A stretch of DNA of 64,000 nt. Source: Eledone cirrhosa. Its lineage: Eukaryota. The stretch spans positions 237,150,001 through 237,214,000 of the forward strand of contig OZ024740.1 of NCBI GenBank assembly GCA_964016885.1. Direction: 5' to 3'. Positions 27,426-42,749 of this stretch are shown here, piece after piece (positions within the stretch are counted from its first letter, which is position 1; the number at the start of each line of letters is the position of its first letter). The translations under genes were made by a program, and so were the position numbers. The notes below the pieces were generated by a model. It ran no database searches and had not been told where the DNA came from. It saw only the letters and a program-made list of their open reading frames with translations.

Positions 27426-28706
27426 TTAGAGTTATAAACTCAAACAGTCCTTTACAAAATTAGCTCAAAGAAAGAAGCATTTCTGAGCCGTGAAATACAT
27501 ATATATATTATAAAAAATAAACAAAGAAGTCTTCAATACATCAAAAGTCTTTATTAGCCAACAATGTTTTGTCCCACTAATAAGGACTCATCCGGGCAAG
27601 TAAAGATACAAGAAGCATTAACCGCCAGAACCAACCAAAACTCAGAAGAATAGGGAATTTATATCTATGAAAGCTTAGGAAAGATATCAAGGAATAGCAT
27701 GCTAAAGCTAAAAGTGTGCAGTTACAAATATAGACTATAGGGCAAGAAAGCGAGTAACATGTCAAACCTACGTTGAAAGTACAGTATAAGGCAAATACAT
27801 GAAACACATGGTAATATAATGTGAGAATTACAATACGATATAGAATACAATATAATGGATAATAAGAAATAAAAAGCTTAATATATGTATATATATATAT
27901 ATATATCCATATATATACACATTTACACAAACACATACTAACACTTAATAAGTATTTAAATATAAATATATTCGTTATAATATAAAAAAACCTTTATAAT
28001 AGAATAATCACCCTGACAGTGTGCATAAACAATACAAAAAACAATAGAATAATATACTGACATCAAAAAATATACAACACTACATCATACATATCATTTA
28101 AGGTCAACAAATTGTATATAAAACTAAAGTATGTTGAAAAAATATGAATACATAGAGTATTGACAATAAATACATAGAGGTATAGGCAGTTTACATTCAT
28201 TAAATATTACAAAATATTACAAAACAGTACCTCAAATATCTGACATATATTAATATCTATAATTCAATTACATAAAAATAATATGATATATCAATGTTAA
28301 TATTATAATAGCAGACAGACAGAGTCAATGGAAAATGCTTAAGACATATTTACGTGATTGATATAGGGAGACATATTATGATGCAATAACATATGATAGG
28401 AAGACAGACAGCATGTAGTACTAAAAAAATAAATAAAATAAAACAAAGAACAAAAACAAAAATAAACAGTTACGTAGGTATTATAAGTCGTTAGGTAAAT
28501 ATAGATGATATTAATCTAAACCAAAGAATTGAATAGAAAACCTTATTAAATTAATTAATATTAAAATTACTTAAAAGACATTATTGGTCACTTCAAATGG
28601 AATAAAGTTTAAGTCATCAAAGTCGTATAAAATTAAGATATTTCAATAAAAACTATCAAGATATATTACGATCCGTTCAGACGAATTACGTTATCAATGA
28701 AAAAAC
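27421..28706 (-). mobile_element. Probable Penelope-like element 3' end with long AT-rich UTR
   Basis: Degenerate hammerhead at 27557-27597; terminal 79 bp repeated at 26060-26138 and 27292-27370; possible ORF end FFIDNVIRLNGS* near 28700. Confidence 0.5.
27557..27597 (-). ncRNA. Degenerate minimal hammerhead ribozyme motif
   Basis: GCC-CGGATGA-GTCC-TTATTAGTG-GGAC-AAAAC-ATT-GTT-GGC: stems intact, two core substitutions. Confidence 0.55.
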
Positions 28707-29038
28707 TATATATATATATATATATATAATGTATATATATATATATATATATAATGTATATATATATATATATATATAATGTATATATATATATATATAT
28801 ATAATGTATATATATATATATATATAATGTATATATATATATATATAATGTATATATATATATATATATATATAATGTATATATATATATATATAATGTA
28901 TATATATATATATATATAGTGTATATATATATATAATGTATATATATATATATATAATGTATATATATATAATGTATATATATATATATATATAATGTAT
29001 ATATATATATATATATAATGTATATATATATATATATA

Positions 29039-29116
<78 letters not shown>

Positions 29117-29601
29117 GTATATATATATATAATGTATATATATATATATATATATATAATGTATATATATATATATATATATAATGTATATATATATATA
29201 TAATGTATATATATATATATAATGTATATATATATATATATTATGTATATATATATATATAATGTATATATATATATATATAATGTATATATATATATAT
29301 ATAATGTATATATATATATATAATGTATATATATATATATATATATATAATGTATATATATATATATATATATAATGTATATATATATATATATATATAA
29401 TGTATATATATATATATATAATGTATATATATATATATATAATGTATATATATATATATATAATGTATATATATAATGTATATATATATATATATAATGT
29501 ATATATATATAATGTATATATATATATATATATAATGTATATATATATATATATATAATGTATATATATATATATATATAATGTATATATATATATATAT
29601 A

Positions 29602-29671
<70 letters not shown>

Positions 29672-30249
29672 GTATATATATATATAATGTATATATATAT
29701 ATATATATATATAATGTATATATATATATATATATATAATGTATATATATATATATAATGTATATATATATATATAATGTATATATATATATATATAATG
29801 TATATATATATATATATTATGTATATATATATATATAATGTATATATATATATATATATAATGTATATATATATATATATAATGTATATATATATATATA
29901 ATGTATATATATATATATATATATATATAATGTATATATATATATATATATATATAATGTATATATATATATATATATATAATGTATATATATATATATA
30001 TATAATGTATATATATATATATATAATGTATATATATATATATATATATATATAATGTATATATATATATATATATATATAATGTATATATATATATATA
30101 TATATAATGTATATATATATATATATATAATGTATATATATATATATATAATGTATATATATATATATATAATGTATATATATAATGTATATATATATAT
30201 ATATAATGTATATATATATATATATATAATGTATATATATATATATATA

Positions 30250-30282
<33 letters not shown>

Positions 30283-30305
30283 ATGTATATATATATATAT
30301 ATATA

Positions 30306-30399
<94 letters not shown>

Positions 30400-32509
30400 A
30401 TGTATATATATATATATAATGTATATATATATATATATAATGTATATATATATATATATATAATGTATATATATATATATATAATGTATATATATATATA
30501 TAATATATATAATGTATATATATATATATATAATATATATAATGTATATATATATATATATATATAATGTATATATATATATATATATATAATATATATA
30601 ATGTATATATATATATATATAATATATATAATGTATATATATATATATATAATATATATAATGTATATATATATATATATAATGTATATATATATATATA
30701 TATAATATATAACGTATATATATATATAATATATATAATGTATATATATATATATATATAATGTATATATATATATAATGTATGTATATATATATATATA
30801 TATAATATATATAATGTATATATATATATATATAATGTATATATATATATAATGTATATATATATATATATAATGTATATATATATATATATAATGTATA
30901 TATATATATATATAATGTATGTATATATATATATAATGTATGTATATATATATATAATGTATATATATATATAATGTATATATATATATATATAATGTAT
31001 ATATATATATATATAATGTATGTATATATATATATAATGTATATATATATATATATAATGTATATATATATATATATAATGTATGTATATATATATATAA
31101 TGTATATATATATATATAATGTGTATATATATATAATGTATATGTATATATATATATAATGTATATGTATATATATATATAATGTATATGTATATATATA
31201 TATAATGTATATGTATATATATATATAATGTATATGTATATATATATAATGTATATATATATATATATATAATGTATATGTATATATATATATAATGTAT
31301 ATATATATATATATAATGTATATGTATATATATATATATAATGTATATATATATATATATAATTGTTTCTACTTTAGGCACAAGGCCAGCAATTACCCAG
31401 TGCATTACTGGTACTTTATTTTATCGACCCCGTAAGGATGAAAGGCAAAGTTAACCTCGGCGGGATTTGAACTCAGAATGGCAAGGGCCGTAACTCTATA
31501 CCTCAAAGCATGGCGTCCGACCCTCTACCGATACTGCCAATCCACCGCCCTATATATAATGTATATATATATATATATATAATGTATATATATATATAAT
31601 GTATATATATATATAATGTATATATATATAATGTATATATATATAATGTATATATATATAATGTATATATATATATATAATGTATATATATATATATATA
31701 ATGTATATATATATATATAATGTATATATATATATATAATGTATATATATATATATAATGTATGTATATATATATAATGTATATATATATAATGTATATA
31801 TATATATATAATGTATATATATATATATATATAATGTATATATATATATATATAATGTATATATATATATATAATGTATATATATATATATAATGTATAT
31901 ATATATATATAATGTATATATATATATATAATGTATATATATATATAATGTATATATATAATGTATATATATATATATAATGTATATATATATATAATGT
32001 ATATATATATATAATGTATATATATATATATAATGTATATATATATATATAATGTATATATATATATATATAATGTATATATATATATATAATGTATATA
32101 TATATATATAATGTATATATATATATATAATGTATATATATATATATAATGTATATATATATATAATGTATATATATATATAATGTATATATATATATAT
32201 AATGTATATATATATATATAATGTATATATATATATATAATGTATATATATATATATATAATGTATATATATATATAATGTATATATATATATATATAAT
32301 GTATATATATATATATAATGTATATATATATATATATAATGTATATATATATATATATAATGTATATATATATATATAATGTATATATATATATATATAA
32401 TGTATATATATATATATAATGTATATATATATATATAATGTATATATATATAATGTATATATATATATATATATAATGTATATATATATATATAATGTAT
32501 ATATATATA

Positions 32510-32540
<31 letters not shown>

Positions 32541-33838
32541 ATGTATATATATATATATAATGTATATATATATATATAATGTATATATATATATATAATG
32601 TATATATATATATATAATGTATATATATATATAGATATAATGTATATATATATATATAATGTATATATATATATAGATATAATGTATATATATATAGATA
32701 TAATGTATATATATATATATAGATATAATGTATATATATATATATAGATATAATGTATATATATATATATAGATATAATGTATATATATATATATAGATA
32801 TAATGTATATATATATATAGATATATAGATATAATGTATATATATATATATAGATATATAGATATAATGTATATATATATATAGATATAATGTAGATATA
32901 ATGTATATATATATATAGATATAATGTAGATATAATGTATATATATATATATAGATATAATGTAGATATAATGTATATATATATATATAGATATAATGTA
33001 GATATAATGTAGATATAATGTATATATATATATATAGATATAATGTAGATATAATGTATATATATATATATAGATATAATGTAGATATAATGTATATATA
33101 TATATATAGATATAATGTAGATATAATGTATATATATATATATAGATATAATGTATATATATGTATGTATATATATATATAGATATAATGTATATATATG
33201 TATATATATATATATAGATATAATGTATATATATGTATATATATATATATATATATATAGATATAATGTATATATATGTATATATATATATATATATAGA
33301 TATAATGTATATATATGTATATATATATATATATAGATATAATGTATATATAGATATATATGTATATATGTATATAATGTATATATAGATATAATGTATA
33401 TAATGTATATATAGATATAATGTATATATATGTATATATATATAATGTATATATATATATATAATGTATATATAGATATAATGTATATATATGTATATAT
33501 AGATATAATGTATATATATATAATGTATATATACATATATATATATATAATGTATATATAATGTATATATATATATAATGTATATATACATATATATATA
33601 TATAATGTATATATACATATATATATATATATAATGTATATATACATATATATATATAATGTACATATATATATATATAATGTATATATACATATATATA
33701 TATATAATGTATATATACATATATATATATAATGTACATATATATATATATATATATATAATGTATATATATATATAATGTATATATATATATATAATGT
33801 ATATATATATATATAATGTATATATATATATGTATATA

Positions 33839-33879
<41 letters not shown>

Positions 33880-33938
33880 GTATATATATATATATAATGT
33901 ATATATATATATATAATGTATATATATATATGTATATA

Positions 33939-34000
<62 letters not shown>

Positions 34001-34105
34001 ATGTATATATATAATGTATATATATATATAATGTATATATATATATATAATGTATATATATATATATAATGTATATATATATATGTATATAATGTATATA
34101 TATAT
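28707..34105. repeat. Two ATG(TA)n arrays of about 2.6 kb split by a SINE
   Basis: Seen directly; local TAGA and TACA variant blocks. Confidence 0.97.
31361..31548 (-). mobile_element. tRNA-derived SINE, family 1
   Basis: Near-identical to 6381-6568. Confidence 0.88.
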
Positions 34106-35915
34106 TATAACCGAAACCCCCAAGAGATATGTGAAATACTGAACGAACAGTACAAAAGTGTCTTCACATGTCCACTGAGGCACATGCAAAAACGAAGCCA
34201 GAGGAGTTCTTTGATGCCACAACACTACATGAGGAATTGGTAACCATCAACCACATAGACATAACGGAGGAGGATGTGGTGTACGCCATTGATGAAATTA
34301 GAACAGACTCGGCTGCTGGACCTGATGGATTTCCAGCAGTTCTCTTAAAAATATGTAAGCGGGCCTTAGCAACTCCACTGAAGATGCTCTTCAGAAGCTC
34401 CTTGGCTCGCGGTGTACTACCCAGGGAGCTGAAAGGAGGCACAATATGCCCTATTCATAAAGGAGGTAGCAGAGCGGAGGCCAAAAACTATGGGGCAGCC
34501 TCCCTGACGTCGCATATCAGTAAGGTCATGGAGCGAGTCGTCAAAAGAAACTGATCACTTTCCTCGAGGAAAATGACCGCCTGACTGGCACGCAACATGG
34601 TTTCCGCCCAGGAAGAAGCTGCCTTACACAGCTGCTACATCACTACGACTGGGTACTGAGACAACTACTAGACAGCTCACATGTGGACGTGATATATCTT
34701 GACTTTGCGAAGGCCTTTGACAAGGTTGACCACGGAATGATATGTCACAAACTACACGGACTCGGCATAACTGGAAAAGTAGGTGAGTGGCTGCATGGCT
34801 TCCTAAGGGACAGAAGCCAGGCAGTCGCAGCAAATGGGGCCCTCTCAAAGGAAACACCAATAACAAGTGGGGTGCCCCAGGGGACAGTCCTGGGACCACT
34901 ACTGTTTTTTGTGGCTCTCTCGGACATGCCCTCTGTAGTACATACAACAACATCCCTCACTAGCTATGCTGATGACACTAAGGTAGCACAGGCAATCAAA
35001 AACCCGCAGGATCTGGATGCCATATACAAATGGGCGGAAGAAAAGAACATGCAGTTTAATGCTGGCAAATTCCAAGCCCTACAATACAAACCTCCAAACA
35101 AACCTGCAAACACAAATATAGTGGAACACAACTACACAGGACCAGGAGGGACTGATATCCCCGTGTCAAAGTCGATACGAGACCTGGGCATAGACATGAG
35201 CGATGATGCATCCTTTTCTTCACACATCATGAAAGTGGCGACAATGTGCAGACGACTCGCTGGCTGGATCTTGAGGACTTTCCGGACAAGAGATCGAGAC
35301 ACCATGTTGACACTATGGAGTACATTTGTCCTAAGCCGCCTGGACTACTGCTCCCAGTTGTGGTCACCCCATAGTGTCAGACTAACCACGGAGCTTGAGG
35401 CTATCCAACGAAGCTACACCAAGTTGATTGCCAAGATGAGGGAGACAAGCTACTGGGAGAGGCTAAAGGAACTGAACCTCTACTCCTTGGAGCGAAGACG
35501 GGAGAGATACGCAGTGATCTACATGTGGAAAATCCTGGAGGGACTAGCACCAAACTTTGGCATTGGGAGCTGGACCAACCGTTGAACAGGACGTCACAGT
35601 GTGGTGCCAAAGGTCCCGTCTTCCACATCTAGAATAAGGAGCAGGTATTGCAATAGCCTGGGATTCAAGGGCCCTCAACTCTTCAACAAGCTGCCGAGGG
35701 ATCTGAGAGATTTGCATGACGTGGAGGTGGATGTCTTCAAGAAACATCTCGACACCTTGTTATCCAGGATCCCAGATGAGCCCACAGCAAGACACGAGGG
35801 AAACCTAAGGGCAGCAGCAACAAACTCCCTCTTACACCAGTGGCCAACCTATACAGGCTGGAGATAAAATGTGTAGCAACACCCGGATGGCTGAAACAGG
35901 TGAAAGAGTAAAAGA

Positions 35916-35918
<3 letters not shown>
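34106..35918 (+). mobile_element. CR1-group LINE, 5'-truncated, frameshifted RT
   Basis: AAGPDGFP, YLDFAKAFDKVDH, SGVPQGTVLGP, YADD, IPDEP..NSLL; (AAAGAGTA)x2 tail. Confidence 0.9.
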
Positions 35919-35972
<54 letters not shown>

Positions 35973-36304
35973 GTATATATATATATAATGTATATATATA
36001 TATAATGTATATATATATATAATGTATGTATGTATATATATATAATGTATATATATATATATATATATATATAATGTATGTATGTATATATATATAATGT
36101 ATATATATATATATATAATGTATGTATGTATATATATATATGTATATATATATAATATATATATATATATAATGTATATATATATAATGTATATATATAT
36201 AATGTATATATATATATATATATATAATGTATATATATATATATCTATATATAATGTATATATATATATATCTATATATAATGTATATATATAGATTATA
36301 TATA
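35919..36304. repeat. ATG(TA)n array
   Basis: Seen directly. Confidence 0.95.
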
Positions 36305-36305
36305 C

Positions 36306-36650
36306 ATCATCATTTTCATCATCATCATTTTATGTCCACTTTTCCCTGCTTTCAAGGGTGGGACGGGAACTGATTCTGGCTTGATTTCTGCAGCTGGATG
36401 CCCTTCCTAACACCAACCTCATTTACAGTGAGAGCTGGGTGCTTTTTTGACGTGGCCCCTCCACCACCACTTTGCAGTGGAATGATAGGGACCCCAGTCA
36501 CTATCATCTCATTTCTACAGCTGAGTAAACTGGAGTAATGTGAAATAAAGTGTCTTGCTCAAGGAAACAACACATCACCCGGTCTGAGAATTGAACTCAC
36601 AACCTTTCGATTGCAAGGCCAATGCTATAACTACTAAGCCATGTGCCTCC
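36306..36650 (-). mobile_element. tRNA-derived CORE-like SINE, family 2, with RTE-related tail
   Basis: A box TGGCTTAGTAG, B box GTTCAATTC, CCTTGAGCAAGACACTT core-like segment, (GAT)n tail. Confidence 0.85.
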
Positions 36651-36684
36651 ATTATATATATAGACATACATTATATATATACAT

Positions 36685-36719
<35 letters not shown>

Positions 36720-36925
36720 TATATATATAGATATATACATACACTATATATATATATACATTATATAATTATATATACACATACATACATTATATATATA
36801 TATATACATACATTATATATATATATATATATACATACACTATATATATATATATATACATACATTATATATATATATATACACATTATATATATATACA
36901 TACATCATATATATATATATATATT

Positions 36926-37275
36926 AGGCACCTCTTAACAAAAATACACCGCCTTCCCCCCCCATCCACACCACCCCTTTCGATGTAAAGTTATGTTGGT
37001 ACCACAACATCCAGTCCTAAACAAATGAGGTCGTGTAGGTGTCACGAAAAAAAAAAACACAGTCCACGCTGTAATGTGGCCGTGTAGGTAACACGGTAAA
37101 AACCTCCCAGTTCCACACTGTTAACGTGGTTGGTGTTAGGAAGGGCATCCAGCTGTAGAAAACCCGCCAGACAGTCCTATACGAGCAAGACAACCAATCT
37201 TGCCTCAAGTGGGAAAATTCCCGTCCAAACCTATGCAAGCGTGGAATATGGACGTTAAACGATGATGATGATGAT
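36926..37275 (+). mobile_element. RTE subfamily A 3'UTR
   Basis: Matches about 56970-57340. Confidence 0.87.
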
Positions 37276-37305
37276 GAATATATATAAATACGATGACGAC
37301 GACGA

Positions 37306-37491
37306 TAATTGTTTCTACTTTTGGCACAAGGCCAGTGATTATCCAGTGCATTCTGGTACTTGTTTTATCGAACCCATAAGGATGAAAGTCAAAGTTAACC
37401 TGGGTGGGATTTGAATTCATACCGTAAAGGGCCGTAACTCTATGCTGCAAAGTATCGCGTTCGACTGCCTACCGATACTGCCAATCCACCG
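37306..37491 (-). mobile_element. tRNA-derived SINE, family 1
   Basis: Diverged copy of 6381-6568. Confidence 0.82.
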
Positions 37492-37560
37492 CAGTTTTTT
37501 TTCCTCTTACATTTAATGTTAATAACTGTTTTCATTTAATTCAGAACTATATTTTCATAG

Positions 37561-37653
37561 AATCGTTTTGAACCCATTCTGAACAGTTCCAAGAATTCTT
37601 CATTCAGTTTCAGGAATCCATTACAACAGTCTCAAGCCAAGCCTGACTCCTAA
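37561..37653 (+). CDS. Candidate terminal exon of the divergent gene (NRFEPILNSSKNSSFSFRNPLQQSQAKPDS*)
   Basis: TTTTCATAG acceptor; only phase 0 is open; followed by about 1.5 kb of mostly unique UTR-like sequence; no homology recognised. Confidence 0.2.
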   Translation, partial: NRFEPILNSSKNSSFSFRNPLQQSQAKPDS

Positions 37654-38857
37654 TTTCTGTCCTTTCGTTGAAGTGGATCAATGTGTGGGTTGTAAATTAT
37701 TTGAGAGTAAAAAATATCCCTGTGTCTCAGGGATATTTTTGGTCATCTAAAGAACTCTTATTACTTTCTCAAAAAGTCTTTTATGTGGCTCAACATTGGG
37801 GCTATATATATATATATATATACATTTATATATATACACACACACACACACTTTCTAGCAGGGAAATTGGATATCAGACAAGGATGATGGTGATATAATT
37901 ATCTCTATGAAAAAGGTTAATGTGCTCTATCTAATTTATATTTGTAATTAAGGTTAACTGATATACTTTGGCATTTTAGAGAATTTAATAAAATCAGTTA
38001 GTGTCTTCATTATATAGGCCTTTTTTTTTTGTTAGGCATTGGCAGAGGCTCAGTCTTCATCATTGTTTATTTGAGATATCAATCAATTAATGAATTAATG
38101 ATACAGTGAGTATTTTAAATCTCTTGTGAAATATTCCTTAATTTTTATGTCGGTGAACCTACCCTGCAGATTGTTTTATCACAATGGTGCTTGAAAATGA
38201 GAATGAATTTCAATGTCCTCAAAGTGACCGCTAAAAGTTGTCATAAAAGCAACAGTGAATAGAGTAACAATTGATGAAATGAAAATGGTAATTTTGTCTC
38301 GCTCATTAGTGGTTATCAAGACCACTTACCTCTTTGCTTCTGCTAAAAGTTATAGAAGATGGATTCTTATAGAATTCCAGTGCTGTTTAAGAGCTGATTA
38401 AACAGAGCAGTTGGCGGTCCAGCAAAAATTAGGTATTAGTATTGTTGCTCTGAAATAGCGATGTATATAATAATTAGTTGTATTGTGCTGTTCATATGCA
38501 TTGGGTGTCATTATGTTCATCCCCTCTATATCATTGAATACTTGTTTGCATTATGAAATGTCACACACAATTATGAAGTTAGAGTGGAACTGGTTAAATA
38601 TTCAAGTAGACTGAGGCAAGCAGATTTATGTTCATTGTCTAGAGCTGATCTAATAGGGTTTCAACTGACCTGTGGATAGTAATCTATCAGCTTAAAATTA
38701 TAATTACTTTGCATCTATAATGGTATTTAGCTAACTAAACTTAGCTGTTCATGTTTTATATTTTGCTAAACAATTATAACTAACAAGACTTGGTTATAAA
38801 ACTGTGCTGCCATTTATATCTAATCTGCTTACCTTTATTGAACCTTCATTCTTTTAA

Positions 38858-38909
38858 ATGTAGTTGATACCATGACTCCTTCACTATGGAGTCATGGTAT
38901 CAACTACAT
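38858..38909. repeat. Perfect 22-bp inverted repeat with 8-nt loop
   Basis: ATGTAGTTGATACCATGACTCC-TTCACTAT-GGAGTCATGGTATCAACTACAT. Confidence 0.95.
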
Positions 38910-39544
38910 AGTTTCCTGACACAATGTATTTACTTGTTTGATAAGTTCCTTTACAAAATTATTGTAGAATTGTAGCTGTGAATGTAATATAACAACTCAA
39001 TATGTTCTTATAAACAATTTCTAACAGTTTTAATTTAATTCATGAGGTTCACATCACAAGCTTTAAACTGAAGCTTTGTTCGATATTTATTGAATAGCCT
39101 ATCCTGTTAGCTCTAAGTGATTGATGAATTGTTTTGTGCTGGTTAAAATAATAGATCAAAACATCTTATCCAATTTGAGAAAATGGAATGGCAGGTGCTC
39201 TGTAGTGTAATGCACTAGTCCAACAAACAATAGATAAGTGGTTTCATTCCTGCTGGTTGGCGTTTTGCTCTTTTTTGTCTCACATTATTGTGCTTATATT
39301 GTTTATTAGTTAGATATGCCTTCAGTGACATTATATAATAATTTGCTATGAAATGTCTTGGGCACTTTAAACCTGGTGAAGCCCATCTCCTCTCCAGATC
39401 AGAGTACAACTGATTTCTTCCAGAGGAGAGAGAGACGGCGAGAAAGAGATTTAGAGGAAGAGTTGATACCAAGACTGAACTTGTAATTTTTTTTGTCAAT
39501 CTCAAAAGGATGAAAGGCAAAGTTTCAGAGAGCTAGAATGAATG

Positions 39545-39699
39545 CTCCAGCCACAGGTTTCATCTGTCGCCTTCAGCAGGTTAGCTTTCAGGAATTCCCA
39601 CTGTTCCTCTATATTGTACGACTCTAATTGCTCTTCCTTACTATCAAAAGCATCAAGTAATATGCTTTTAAATTTATGACTGGCTGTGGGGTCCTTTAC
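39545..39699 (-). mobile_element. Internal RTE ORF fragment
   Basis: KDPTASHKFKSILLDAFDSKEE to DETCGWS matches 54731-54885. Confidence 0.85.
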
Positions 39700-39842
39700 C
39701 ATAAAGCATTGTCTGATGTAATGACTCTGCCATTTCACTGCCTTAATAACTTATTAGGTTTTCATGAACATTAACTTAAGTAGATATGCCTGCAAAATTG
39801 AGTATTGATTGGAAATATAACAATCAAAATTGATATTTACAA

Positions 39843-40033
39843 TAATTGTTTCTACTTTTGGCACAAGGCCAGCAATTGTCCCTGTGCATTACTGTTACTT
39901 TATCTTATCGACCCCATAAGGATGAAAGGCAAAGTTAACCTCGGTGGGATTTGAACTCAGGCTGTAAAGGGCCGTAACTCTATGCTGCAAAGCATGGCAT
40001 CCGACTCTCTACTTATGCTGCCAGTCCACTGCC
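39843..40033 (-). mobile_element. tRNA-derived SINE, family 1
   Basis: Same head, body and tail as the other copies. Confidence 0.85.
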
Positions 40034-41142
40034 CTATTGTAAATTGATATTTACAATAATATCCATCATAAATATCAGTCAATAAGTGCCATTTCACCAA
40101 ATTATGATAATACAGATAGTAAATTAATAATGTATGCATTGATATGATTATCTTTATTATCATTTTGCCAGAGAGTGGGATATTTGGGTATAAAAATCTT
40201 CTCTGTACCATTTCAATTTTCAAATATGTACTGCTGAAGTTAAAACATCATTATTAAACAATTATTACATGATATTAACTCATGACTATAATTTTGCAGT
40301 TTGTGACTACACATGTTGCTATTGTTGCAGCTTGTAACTATAATTCTTGCTATGATCAAACTTGTAGTGTATAACAATTGTAATGTTCACAATCCATGCA
40401 TTCCTGTCAGCATCATTAAAAGTATGATGTTAGTGACCCAAGGGTATCAGTCGTCAGTTAATCATTGAGCCATTATCTTAGGATGTAAATCTTTTAATAT
40501 CCATAACTTTAAGAATAAGTTAAGTCTGAGCATTATGAATAGGTCTCTTTAGCCCCAAATGTTTAGCTTTGGTCTCATAGTGTCAAGTCATGAGTGATAG
40601 TCTTTCACACAGACATTTAACTGTATATCACAGGTAATATTCTTAGCTCATCTGGTATCTTTTTTATCTGACAACTGAGGTAAACTGAGGTGATGTAGAT
40701 TGAAATATTCTTTCCAGGAACACAAGAAACATGAAAAGTGGATTTGAGCTTGTTACTCATACCATGTCAATTTGATCATTTTGTTCCTGTCAACAATAAA
40801 AGCAATATATTGTAAAAAGTTTAATTACATACATGTCAGTTTAGGTAACTCTCAATTGTTTTACAAATGTCTTTTATGAGAATTACTTTGAGAGCCAAAC
40901 AAAACACTACATGGTTCTTCTTATTAGAAATATAAGACCCAATTTCCCTAAAAGCAAACCCTTTTGTTTGAAAAAAAAAAAATGTCATTTTGGATGATAT
41001 AGTCCCAGATAGACGATGTTAAAAAAAAAGAGATGGGGGTGATCATGGTTGGAATATCTTTGCTTAGAGTTTTACTGGATTAAGACAGACTTGGGGCTAA
41101 ACAACTGTTGAAGATATTTTGTATATTTTCATTGTCAGAATA

Positions 41143-41558
41143 TCATCATCATCATCATCACCGTTTTATGTCCGTTCTTCCACACTAGCATGGGTTAGAC
41201 GGGTTGTCCTGTTATGGATAGTGTCCGGTTGGCTGACCTTGTCTTGCTCATACGGGAACTGATTCTGGCTTGATTTCTACAGCTGGATGCCCTTCCTAAC
41301 ACCAACCTCATTTACAGTGAGTGCTGGGTGCTTTTTTTCCATGGCACCTACACGTCCACTCTACAGTGTGGGCTGGGTGCTTTTTTGCAGTGGAATGATA
41401 GGGACCCTAGTCCTATCATCTCATTTCTACAGCTGAGTAAACTGGAGCAATGTGAAATAAAGTATCTTGCTCAAGGAAATAACAAAAGTGTCTTGCTCAT
41501 TGAACTCACAACCTTTCGATTGCAAGCCCAATGCTCTAACCACTAAGCCATGCGCCTT
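41143..41558 (-). mobile_element. CORE-like SINE family 2 with RTE-B tail
   Basis: A box TGGCTTAGTGG, B box GTTCAAT; tail matches 23598-23840. Confidence 0.85.
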
Positions 41559-42749
41559 CAATATGTGTATCAATAATCCTAGCGTGTTGATGAAAGAATG
41601 TAGTAGAAGATATGCAGTCAGTTTATAATCTATTGGGTTGTTGGGTTCACTAACTTCATGTAGAGATTTAAAGGAAGATACACTTAAAGTGTTTTCTGTT
41701 GCCTTCTCCTGGTTTATATGAAGATTTGTGCTGATCACTGAAATGTAAAGAAACTCATCAGTTTTACACACTCCTCCCAAACACTCTATATTGGTATAGT
41801 TGTTTGGGCATCAGATTAAATGCCTCTATATTTGTTCCAGTTCTCTGCATTCTGAGTTCAAATCCTGCTGAGCTCAATTTCGCCTTTACTCCTTTCGATG
41901 ATAGATCACTAGTCCAGTACTGTACTGAGATTAATTCTATATCTTCTCACTTTCTTTCTCTCACTCCCCCTCATTCATTGGAAGAAATTGATTATGTTCA
42001 AACCTGGAGAGGGATGTGCTCTACCAGGTTTAAATGCCTAAAACATACTGTGTGTCAGGATGGCATGTCTGTGGGTTCATTAGGAATTAAGATTGGCTAA
42101 AGTAGTGAACTGTATTAGAGCCTGGAACCCATTTATAGGTAGATAGACTGAGCCTAACAAGTTTATATCTTTGCCAATGATATATCACAGTGCCAGTTAG
42201 AGTATATGTTCTGTCAGCTATTTGGCTGGTCAACCAAACAGCCTATCAACTCAACCAGCTGTGAGTCTTGGACGGTTTGTGCCAAATGGGAAGTGTGCCA
42301 AAGAGTTCATTTTCATACTCCCTCCCTGCCCTTCTTATTGGCTACATATTAACTAAGGTTTAGTTTAGCAGCTATTTCACTCTCAAAATAATTCTTAAGT
42401 TGCATTAGACTTGTTAATATCCATCATAAACACCTTTGTGTCTCATTTCTATAATTTATCAATATTCAATATTTACAGACCATAGGTGTAATAGATCGGA
42501 TTTTTACTACTGCTGAAATATGTGATACATACTTTAATGCTAAATTATGGTCCACACACACACACATATGTACATGAATACAGTGGAGTTTCTGTACCTT
42601 GAGGTCAGCTTTGCCTTTTAGCCATTTGGGGTTCATAAATAAAATACCAGTTCAAGAGTAGATGATTTGGAAGAGTTGTTAAAATGTTGGGTGGGATGCT
42701 TTGTAGAAACTGTTCTAGCTCTGTGTATTTTCAGTTCAAATCACACTTG

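Noticed and set aside
26060-27496. CRISPR-like repeat-spacer pattern
   Set aside because: Eukaryotic context, repeats too long, spacers are TA runs or a LINE, no cas genes
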